Positions 56,271 to 64,000 of a stretch of 64,000 bases of DNA are shown here, one piece after another (position 1 is the first letter of the stretch; every line of letters starts with the position of its first letter). The stretch is taken from positions 1 through 64,000 of the IMG/VR virus record IMGVR_UViG_3300010403_000002; one strand, 5' to 3'. The notes beneath the pieces are model-generated. The model ran no database searches and was not told where the DNA came from. It saw only the letters and a list, made by a program, of their open reading frames with translations. The position numbers and the translations under genes are program-made. The DNA comes from a virus.

Positions 56271-58790
56271 ATGCAGACTGCTGCTCAACCTAACCTCGCC
56301 CCCGCGCGTGAAATAGCCGCGGCCAGAATGGAGCGGCAATTCAAGCCGCGCCGTCTGGTAGATGTCTGCAAGGAGTGGGTGCAGGAACTGCGCGCCGAGG
56401 GGGAAACCCCGGAGTGGCGAGATCGGCGACTGTATAGTCAGCGGAACGAGCTGTACTATCGCGGCTATCAACGACTGCGGCAGGCTGACCTGACCAATGC
56501 GTGGCGCATCCTTGAGCCGAAGCCGATTCATTATACATATAATGAATTTCAGTTCTGGTGCAACGTCACGAGTGCTAAATTTGTGGCGAGCCGGGTGGAC
56601 TTCAGGGTCAATGGCATTCCTGAACAGGATGTTGAAGACAAGGAAATGGCGGCGTCGAAGCTGCGCAATATCGGGCGCTATTACGACGGTAGATTCTGGA
56701 ACCGCACCAAGACGCTGGACGCCAGCAAGCAGCTTCAATTCACGGGCTACCTGATCGGGTACGTGCCGTATAGTGAACGCGCGGGCGTGAAGGCTTACAA
56801 GCCAATCACGGAGCGGGTTTCGATCAAACTGGGCAAGGATGTGTATCGCTGCGCGGATTGCGGCGACGTAGGGGAGATTGATGGAAGTGGAACTTTACAA
56901 CAAGAAGGTGCATGGGCTGCCGATAGTATGTCTGCCGGCGGAACCGGAGGGCTATCTACTCTGTCAGGATCAGGAAATGGGACAGGAGATTACAGTTCTC
57001 AACCTGCCTTCACTGAGACTGCTAGCACGTGTGCCCACTGCGGATCATCCAACCTCGCCGTCACCGAAATCCCCTCAGAAGAATTCGAGGTTGAAACCGG
57101 GCAGCAAGAGTACGACGCGGGCGACGTAGAGCCGCGCCTGTTGTCCATTTATGACGTGACGTGGTTTGCGGCACTGGGGCCGGAGCGCAGTTCGCTGCTG
57201 CTGTGGGAAGAAGACCACGACGAGGCAGATCTGCAAGCTGAGTATCCCGGCATCAAGTTGCCGGGTGGTGAGGCGCAGAACGACGGCATTCAAAAGAAAG
57301 AGCAGTTGCGTCGCTTTGAGCGTAATCCGCAAAACAAGCGCAAGACGCTGACTCGTCTCTGGGTTGAGCCGCGCCGCTATCACGACCTAGAAGAAAAAGA
57401 AGAAGTTCAGACGGTCGCAGGGATTACGTTCCCGGCTGGGACGCGCTGGTCACAAATGTTCCCGCACGGCATGCACGTGATCATGGTCGGCGACCTGATC
57501 GTAGATATTTACGCGGCGGTCAAGAATGACGACATCGTGGTAATGGATTATCACGATGTGCCGAATGGTGGGATGGCACAGGGTGTTGATGCGATGTGCG
57601 AGCCGCAGCGGGGCATGAATACCACGATGTCGCTGCTCAACGTGTGGATGCGTCATAACGCTGCACCGCGCCAGCGCTTCAATCCCGAGTTGATTGATGC
57701 GGCTGACATCAGCGGTGATCCGAGCCGCGCCATCCCGATTAACGCTGCGAACCTGGGCTTGCGCGATGGCGCGACCATTGAAAACGCCATTTACGAGCAG
57801 CCAGGCGCGCAGATTCCGGCTGGCGTGTTTGGGCTAAAAGATGAACTGCGTGGTTCGATCCAGTTTGCCGCCAATGCTACGGAGTTTGCTGAGGGTATGC
57901 CGGGTTATGATAGTCCGACCTTTGGTGCGGCCAAACTCGGCACGAATTTATCTCAGTCTATTTCAGGCGTCGTGCTTGGCAAGTTCGCCGACTTCCGTGT
58001 CGGGATGGTCAAGCGCACGCTCAAGAAGCTCAGGGCCTATTGCTGGGATGAACGGACGGTCGAATTTGCCGGGAAGTACGGAGCAGCGGAACTACTGACG
58101 CTTTCCGGACAGGAGATTCCTGACAGTTTCGAGATTGAAGCGGTGCCAAATTCCTGGCTGCCGCGCACGGCTGAACAGCGTCAGCAAAATCTACAAGGCC
58201 TATTGCTGGCAACGGGCGGCTGGGCTGGTTTGCTAGCAATGCCGCCTGAGATGGTGGCAGAGTTGTGCGAAACCTTTGACGTGCAACTCGACATCAATTT
58301 GATGCCGATAGCGATTCGCACGGTGCGGCTGCGGCTTAAGCAGATGGAAGCCGCGCTGCCTGCTTTGTTGCTGGTCAATCAGCAATTGAACGCGATGGGC
58401 GCGCCGCCGGTGCAGGCGGAGGTTGATCCCATGACTGGGCAGCCAGGGCTAGCACCACTCAGTGTCGGTCAGCAGTTAGTCGAAGTCTTGCAGCCGCCGT
58501 TCAATCCGCGCGAGAAAGGCTGCGGTGAGGCGGCGGAGTATATTTCGACCTGGTTTACGACTGACGAGGGGCTGAATGCAAAGCTCGATCTAATCGAGGC
58601 AATGGGCGCATTGCAAGATTTGTACATCCAGGCCGCAGAGTTGCAGGCGGTGGTGCGGGCGGGTGTTGAGATGGCAGGACAGCCTATGCCAATGCTGGAT
58701 GCGCAGAATGCGGATGGTGCGCCGCCAAGTCAGAAGCAGAAACAGCCAGCGAAACCGCAGATGGGGGCGTTGGCGCAAACCGGAGGTTGA
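56271..58790 (+). CDS. Portal protein (P22-like size) with Zn-finger insertion
   Basis: Position between terL and scaffold/capsid; ELYYRGYQ N-terminal motif; Q/P/M-rich C-terminus. Confidence 0.8.
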   Translation: MQTAAQPNLAPAREIAAARMERQFKPRRLVDVCKEWVQELRAEGETPEWRDRRLYSQRNELYYRGYQRLRQADLTNAWRILEPKPIHYTYNEFQFWCNVTSAKFVASRVDFRVNGIPEQDVEDKEMAASKLRNIGRYYDGRFWNRTKTLDASKQLQFTGYLIGYVPYSERAGVKAYKPITERVSIKLGKDVYRCADCGDVGEIDGSGTLQQEGAWAADSMSAGGTGGLSTLSGSGNGTGDYSSQPAFTETASTCAHCGSSNLAVTEIPSEEFEVETGQQEYDAGDVEPRLLSIYDVTWFAALGPERSSLLLWEEDHDEADLQAEYPGIKLPGGEAQNDGIQKKEQLRRFERNPQNKRKTLTRLWVEPRRYHDLEEKEEVQTVAGITFPAGTRWSQMFPHGMHVIMVGDLIVDIYAAVKNDDIVVMDYHDVPNGGMAQGVDAMCEPQRGMNTTMSLLNVWMRHNAAPRQRFNPELIDAADISGDPSRAIPINAANLGLRDGATIENAIYEQPGAQIPAGVFGLKDELRGSIQFAANATEFAEGMPGYDSPTFGAAKLGTNLSQSISGVVLGKFADFRVGMVKRTLKKLRAYCWDERTVEFAGKYGAAELLTLSGQEIPDSFEIEAVPNSWLPRTAEQRQQNLQGLLLATGGWAGLLAMPPEMVAELCETFDVQLDINLMPIAIRTVRLRLKQMEAALPALLLVNQQLNAMGAPPVQAEVDPMTGQPGLAPLSVGQQLVEVLQPPFNPREKGCGEAAEYISTWFTTDEGLNAKLDLIEAMGALQDLYIQAAELQAVVRAGVEMAGQPMPMLDAQNADGAPPSQKQKQPAKPQMGALAQTGG

Positions 58791-58797
58791 GCTGCAG

Positions 58798-59097
58798 ATG
58801 CCCGAACAACAAACATCAATCGTCCGCGTGGAAGTGGATTACGCGGAGCAGCCGAGCACGGCTTACGCGAACTACGTGTCCATCTCGCACTCGCCGACGG
58901 AACTATTCATTGATTTCTGCCTGGTCGCCCCGCCGTACACGGTCGAACCCGATAACTCAATCAAGGTGCGGGCCTTTCAGCGACTGGTGATACCGGTACA
59001 GGTAGGTGCAGGCGTGGTTGAGGCATTGCGCGCACAGCTTGCTAAGCTGGCGGAAGAGCACGAGGCGCAGCAATTCCCGGAAGAGATTGGGGAGTGA
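58798..59097 (+). CDS. DUF3467-like protein
   Basis: YANYVSISHSPTELFIDF motif. Confidence 0.7.
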   Translation: MPEQQTSIVRVEVDYAEQPSTAYANYVSISHSPTELFIDFCLVAPPYTVEPDNSIKVRAFQRLVIPVQVGAGVVEALRAQLAKLAEEHEAQQFPEEIGE

Positions 59098-59287
59098 TCA
59101 TTACGGAGATTCAAATTCGTGACAACCCAAGAAATCGTCATTGATCTGTGCGGCGCACCATTAAGTCAAGCCGCGCTGGACTATATTACCCAGACAGTCA
59201 GGCAATCGGCAGAGGACGCATCTGTGACTATCGTGTTGGGTCATGTGCCATCAGAGGGGTTTCCACGTTTAGGTCTTGTGGCAGACG

Positions 59288-59635
59288 ATGAATAAGATGC
59301 CGTTACCTGATATTTTCAACCAACCGGACTACGAAGGATTGCCCAAGTCAGAGGTTGCGCGCATCGTGGCGCGCTCTATTATTCAGGCTAACACTATCAG
59401 GTGCGAAGTATGTGGTGGAACCTGCGAGTCTCAGGTAGGTCAGGGACTGGGCGGCTACTGTGACTATCAATGCTTAGGCTGCCAGCAGCGTTATATTTAT
59501 GATGAGGGTTATCGGCTTGAGTTGACGCCTCATCAAATCGCATTGTTGAAGGTGGCCGCGCTCGGTTTGGAGTCAGATGCAAGCAGCACTGGGTCTGCAC
59601 GTGTTGATGCGCAAGAGAAGGTGATATCAAGATGA
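59288..59635 (+). CDS. Zinc-ribbon protein
   Basis: CEVC ... CLGC. Confidence 0.55.
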   Translation: MNKMPLPDIFNQPDYEGLPKSEVARIVARSIIQANTIRCEVCGGTCESQVGQGLGGYCDYQCLGCQQRYIYDEGYRLELTPHQIALLKVAALGLESDASSTGSARVDAQEKVISR

Positions 59636-59805
59636 CGCGCGCCGAGGCTATTACAAAAATCATTCGCCATCTACTCGCCATCGTCAAAGTGTTGGCGATC
59701 TACGCGGGAGTGCAGGCTGCATTCCCAAAACTATTCGCTGAAAGTGCACAAGCAGTGAAAGACTAGCAATCACAATTTACTAGGCCACTCTCACACGAGA
59801 CACGC

Positions 59806-59865
59806 CGCCAAGTTTTTGAGCGCCACCTAAAGCACGCGCTCAGGCTTGGCGGCTTTTTCTTTTTC
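59806..59865 (+). terminator. Long hairpin plus U-tract upstream of the scaffold gene
   Basis: GCCGCCAAG...TGAGCG/CGCTCA...CTTGGCGGC then TTTTTCTTTTT. Confidence 0.6.
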
Positions 59866-59881
59866 AACACAAGGATTTTCA

Positions 59882-61219
59882 ATGTCAGACATTTCTTCAA
59901 TGGGTGCAACAGGGGCTGGCACGGCCCCTGCGCCGGCGGCTGACAACGCGGCGGCTTCAAATACCCCGGAAGCATCGGTGCAGTCAGAAACGAGCCTGGA
60001 ACAGCCTGAGCAGCAGTTACAAGCTGAGGGGCAAGCAGAAAGCGCACTTGCGGAGTCGCCTTCCGCGCCAGCAATTGAAACCGAAGTCGAGCCAGCGCCT
60101 GAAACGCTGATTGACCCGGCTCAGTTGGGCGAAAAGGCTGGAAAAGCGTTTGCTGCGTTGCGTACCAAAGCTAAGCTGGCCGATGAACTCAGTGCTTTCA
60201 AGGCTACGGCAGAACCCATCGCTAATTGGGTACAGGAACGCGGCGGCATCGAGCCAGTCCAACAGGACGTGCAGATGCTCGATGCGCTATTTGCTCCCGA
60301 ACTGGCAGGACGCGAGCCGTTCTATGACTACATAGGACAGCAGGGCGGCCCGGAAGCACTTACCCGAATGGCGCTGGATTTTGCCAGCACGCCTTTTGTT
60401 CTCGATCAAGCGTTACTAAATCTCGGTCAGGGTGCCGGTGTCACGCCGGACGATTTGCCTGCCTTGCGCGAGCTGATCGCTTCGGGTGCCTGGCGCAGCG
60501 TTGATCAGCAAGCAGCGCAGGCGTTCACGCCCGATCCCGCCATCCTGCAAAGCATTCCCGAGCATTTGCGTGAGACCTACCAGTCTCTGCCGCCCGAAGT
60601 GCGCGCTGATTTCGATCAGCGCCCGGAGAGCGTGCGTACCTGGGATTTGCAGCAGGCTTACATTGCGCAAACTGCGCAGCGCGAGGCGCAGCGGGGTAGA
60701 TTGGCTCAGCAACGCGCACAAGAAGCAGCCGACAAGGCAGCTAAAGCCGAAGCGAAAAATCAAGCTTATGTATCTGTGCAAGGCATCGTGAGGCAGAAGC
60801 TTGCCAGTATCTTCAAGGATAACGAGCAAGCGATTGACTACACGTTAAGCGCGGTTGAATCGAAGCTCTACAGCAGCCCTAAAGGGGAGACGCTGTGGAA
60901 CGAGTTGGAGGCGCATCTCGACGAGGGGGAAATGCGCGAGTTCAACAAGAAACTACCGCTGATTATTGCTGAAGCTGAGGCTATTGCGAGCCAGCAGGGT
61001 AAGTGGCTCAACGAACGCGAGGACAAGGCGCGCAAGTTTGACGATCTGATGCGGTTGGGATCAATGGATCAAATCGTGCAGATGGTGAATCAGTTGCGCG
61101 GCGCCGGACGCGACCCGCAGGGCGGGCAGCCGGTGGCACCAAATGCGAATGGCAACATTCCCCATCCTGAACGACGCGGCCAATTCGACCCGGCCAATAT
61201 TGCAGCCTATGGCCGATAA
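59882..61219 (+). CDS. Capsid scaffolding protein (putative)
   Basis: Acidic, A/E/Q-rich helical protein directly upstream of the capsid gene. Confidence 0.7.
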   Translation: MSDISSMGATGAGTAPAPAADNAAASNTPEASVQSETSLEQPEQQLQAEGQAESALAESPSAPAIETEVEPAPETLIDPAQLGEKAGKAFAALRTKAKLADELSAFKATAEPIANWVQERGGIEPVQQDVQMLDALFAPELAGREPFYDYIGQQGGPEALTRMALDFASTPFVLDQALLNLGQGAGVTPDDLPALRELIASGAWRSVDQQAAQAFTPDPAILQSIPEHLRETYQSLPPEVRADFDQRPESVRTWDLQQAYIAQTAQREAQRGRLAQQRAQEAADKAAKAEAKNQAYVSVQGIVRQKLASIFKDNEQAIDYTLSAVESKLYSSPKGETLWNELEAHLDEGEMREFNKKLPLIIAEAEAIASQQGKWLNEREDKARKFDDLMRLGSMDQIVQMVNQLRGAGRDPQGGQPVAPNANGNIPHPERRGQFDPANIAAYGR

Positions 61220-61249
61220 CTTCGGCCTTTTGCATTTAGGGGAATAAGA

Positions 61250-62536
61250 ATGATTGGCACAACCACTTACAACAACGTTGAAGTGTTCCTGAACCAGCTT
61301 CAGGACAACGAAGTGCACGTCCAATATCAGGACGAGGCGACTTTTTGGACCAGCGTTGTCAGTCAGCTTCCTGGTGAATGGGTAAACCAGAAGGGTTACG
61401 AAATTACCAGTGAATTCACGCCTGACAACTCGCACGGCTATATCTCGGCGGGCGGCTCGAACCCGATGGGGGGTTCGAACGACTACGCCAAGATGTACGT
61501 CGGCTTTACGCGCTACCGCAAGACAATTGATCTCGATAACGATACCTACGCCGATCTGACGAGCGGCAAAGAGTCCACCAAGGTGGACTTCGCCAAGAAG
61601 CTCGCCCGGGTCAACGCTTCGGCCATCCGCGAGATGGAAGAAGCGGCGATGGGTGACGGTCGGGGCATTAAGGCGGTGGTAGGGAGCGGCTCGACCACTT
61701 CGAGTATCGTGCTGACGACCACGCAAACCACCACTCCGACCAGTTCGAAGGGGGCGGAGTTCCTCAACAAGAACCACCGCTATGCGCTCTACGATTCGTC
61801 AAACGCTTTGCGCGAGGCGAACATTGTGGCCTCGGCGGTTGCGAAGGGCACGTCGCCCACGCTGACCCCGCAAACGACGCTGGGCGTGACACCTGCCTCG
61901 ACCGACTACCTGGTTTATTACGATCCAGGTTCGGGCACGTCTTGCAACCGTGTCCCGCGCGGCTTGGCTTATTTGGTCAATAACGGCTCAGGTCTGTTCC
62001 AGGGCTTGCTGCGTTCGGATTATCCCGAACTCAAGTCCATCGTGGAGGACTTCGCCGGGGTCAACTTGCAGCCCTCCGACATCATGCGGATCCGCGGCAA
62101 GAAGAAATACCGCAGCGGCACCAAGAACGGTAAGCTGAACTTGATTCTGCTCGCGCCGTCGCAGTTCGAGAGCTACAGCCGCAGCGGCATCAACTTCTTG
62201 CAGCTCAATGTCGGTCAGAAGTGGGACGGCACGGTGAACGAGATCGCCATGGGTGACGGGATGATCATGGAGAACGTCGTAGTTGATGAAGGCTTTATCT
62301 ACTTCCTCAACAAAGGCGACCTCTACAAGATCGAGCGTCGCAAGTGGGGCTTCGTCAAGGACGCCACGGGCACTACCTTCACAAAGAAGTCGGGCACCAA
62401 CGGCACGGGCGCTGATGGCGTCTATGCCAATCTGGGTCAAGACTGCAACCTCTACATCAAGGACCCGCGCTCACACGCGGTAGCGCAGCGCGTCGGCACA
62501 ACCGATGTCGCAACGTCGGCCAATTCCTGGTCTTAA
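61250..62536 (+). CDS. Major capsid protein
   Basis: 428 aa, strong codon bias, AMGDGRG and PRGLAYLV motifs, position after scaffold. Confidence 0.85.
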   Translation: MIGTTTYNNVEVFLNQLQDNEVHVQYQDEATFWTSVVSQLPGEWVNQKGYEITSEFTPDNSHGYISAGGSNPMGGSNDYAKMYVGFTRYRKTIDLDNDTYADLTSGKESTKVDFAKKLARVNASAIREMEEAAMGDGRGIKAVVGSGSTTSSIVLTTTQTTTPTSSKGAEFLNKNHRYALYDSSNALREANIVASAVAKGTSPTLTPQTTLGVTPASTDYLVYYDPGSGTSCNRVPRGLAYLVNNGSGLFQGLLRSDYPELKSIVEDFAGVNLQPSDIMRIRGKKKYRSGTKNGKLNLILLAPSQFESYSRSGINFLQLNVGQKWDGTVNEIAMGDGMIMENVVVDEGFIYFLNKGDLYKIERRKWGFVKDATGTTFTKKSGTNGTGADGVYANLGQDCNLYIKDPRSHAVAQRVGTTDVATSANSWS

Positions 62537-62605
62537 GGGATAGCTGATTAACACACCGGGGCGGGGGTAGGTCATCCCCGCCCGTTTCCCAGCAAGGAGA
62601 AAACA

Positions 62606-62887
62606 ATGGCTATTGCAGTCACATATATTGGCCCGGTGGGGGAGTGTGCGGCGCAGGGCAAGAGCGGTGCGGACTTGTATCGTCTAGCCGGCGATGGCTC
62701 TGCGACGACCGTTACGCTGACGGCGCACAAGTCGGCTGCCGTACAAGTGATCAAGGGGATCATCACCTCACAATCGGTTAGTCATAACATCACCAGTGCG
62801 ACCACCAACGCCGTGGCCCTCACCCTGGCGGCGGCCCTGGGCAACGGGCTGACCGGTGACGTGCTGGTCTGCGGCGACGCGGTGTAA
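62606..62887 (+). CDS. Putative capsid decoration protein 1
   Basis: Small T/A-rich beta protein after the capsid gene; RLAGDGSATT. Confidence 0.6.
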   Translation: MAIAVTYIGPVGECAAQGKSGADLYRLAGDGSATTVTLTAHKSAAVQVIKGIITSQSVSHNITSATTNAVALTLAAALGNGLTGDVLVCGDAV

Positions 62888-62897
62888 AGGGGGAGTC

Positions 62898-63173
62898 ATG
62901 CCAATCACTGGAACCAAAATCATGCCGGAAGGCGCGGAGATGGTGAAGGGCTATGCTGGTCGGCTCACTGAAGTCTGGCGACTGACTGGCGACGGCTCGG
63001 CCACCACCTATGCCCTAACGGCGCAATCCGGTCGTTATATTGAAAGCATTATCGGGATGGGCTTCACACATAATGTGAGCGCGGCCACCCCGTCGCTTTC
63101 GGCAACTCTGACCTTTGCGACAGCGCCGGGCAACACCCTGACGTTTGACGTGCAGGTCAATACACGCGAATGA
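62898..63173 (+). CDS. Putative capsid decoration protein 2 (paralogue)
   Basis: RLTGDGSATT, shared with the upstream gene. Confidence 0.6.
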   Translation: MPITGTKIMPEGAEMVKGYAGRLTEVWRLTGDGSATTYALTAQSGRYIESIIGMGFTHNVSAATPSLSATLTFATAPGNTLTFDVQVNTRE

Positions 63174-64000
63174 TGAACCTCTCCATTCACCCATTTGACC
63201 GTCTCCCCTTCACGGAGAACTATCCACAGCCGGTCAGTCTTCGGGAATTCAACCGCGAACTGGTGACGCTCTTCGGTAAGCATTTACCGACTGGGCAGCC
63301 ACACATCCGCGCGGTCTGGATGCCGTCGCAACAGCGTGACGGTCAGGGGCGCTGGCTGGCGAAGGACTGGTCTCCCTATGGGCGGGGCGGTCATGGTGAA
63401 TGGCGGCAGCGTTACTTGTACGCCTCGTCGCAGTCTTATCAAGAAGCCTACGACGAGGCGCGTCAAATTTGGGGCGTGTGGGAGGTGTGGAATGACATCG
63501 CCCCGCAGCGCTTCTGTGTTGAAAAGCTCATCCTGCCCGAATTCGCCCTACCGGGCTGGGATCGTCACACGACCAGTTGGGTGGACGCGGCGCACATGTT
63601 CCGCGTGGGCCGTGACGGGGACGGCGATGCCTTTACCGCCCGCAAGCCGGTTGAGGGATACTACGTGCCAATGGAAGGCGTGCAGCATCGGCTACTCAAG
63701 GGTGGCGTGATCGCTACGCACGACGACTGTTGTTGCGCGCAGGCGAAGCGTGAGCAGGTGATGTGTTACGGCAGCTATGCCGAGCCGGGGGAGGCGCATT
63801 TGTCGCTCTTCCGCAAGGCGGCTTGTGGGATGCGCTACGCTGAAAAAGCCATGAAGCTGGGGCCACTTTCGGCGGCTGAGCGCGAGCAGAAGCGCAAACA
63901 GTCGGCTGAGCGGCTAGAGCAATGGGAGGCCGGTGTCGAAGCGCGGCTGACCCAGCGTATCAACGAAGCCAGGAAGACGCATCGCGGCATGCTCTCGTCT
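63170..64000 (+). CDS. Hypothetical protein (3'-truncated)
   Basis: MMNLSIHPFDRLPF..., ATGA-coupled, appears open to the window end. Confidence 0.65.
   Translation, partial: MMNLSIHPFDRLPFTENYPQPVSLREFNRELVTLFGKHLPTGQPHIRAVWMPSQQRDGQGRWLAKDWSPYGRGGHGEWRQRYLYASSQSYQEAYDEARQIWGVWEVWNDIAPQRFCVEKLILPEFALPGWDRHTTSWVDAAHMFRVGRDGDGDAFTARKPVEGYYVPMEGVQHRLLKGGVIATHDDCCCAQAKREQVMCYGSYAEPGEAHLSLFRKAACGMRYAEKAMKLGPLSAAEREQKRKQSAERLEQWEAGVEARLTQRINEARKTHRGMLSS

Larger units (their letters stand above)
1..64000. mobile_element. Temperate tailed bacteriophage (podovirus-like), partial genome
   Basis: Terminase, portal, scaffold, capsid, lysis, integrase/repressor and replication modules are present, with no host housekeeping operons. 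Large ejection-type proteins are present; no tape measure or tail tube is seen in the window. Confidence 0.95.

Overview
The whole window is a temperate tailed-phage genome fragment, probably podovirus-like. It appears to be the non-integrated form, because the integrase and an intact attP-like site lie mid-window with phage genes on both sides. Modules from left to right: (1) 1-15.3 kb, a fibre/spike module in which nearly every complete gene encodes a Sec signal peptide, interrupted by reverse-strand morons that include a GT-C-type glycosyltransferase; (2) 15.3-22.6 kb, two ejection-type proteins, the larger with an N-terminal M15/LAS peptidase; (3) 22.7-43.8 kb, a leftward early operon with HNH, MazG-like, a split two-frame C5 methyltransferase, an N4/N6 methyltransferase, a Mom-like GNAT, VRR-NUC, DnaB, an initiator with iterons, an Acb2/Tad1-like protein, SSB, Rad52-like annealase, Xis and Cro; (4) 43.9-46.2 kb, repressor, ImmA, integrase and attP; (5) 46.5-52.1 kb, GH19 endolysin, holin-like protein, lipoprotein and secreted nuclease; (6) 52.1-64 kb, terminases, portal, scaffold, major capsid and decoration proteins. 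The most notable candidates for new biology are an exported, cysteine-paired fibre system; a ~450-nt heavily base-paired ncRNA at 24.25-24.70 kb under overlapping divergent promoters with an antisense sRNA; a tRNA-like plus pseudoknot RNA cluster at 41.6-41.95 kb; and overprinted genes. All family calls come from motif recognition by eye. No database searches were run.
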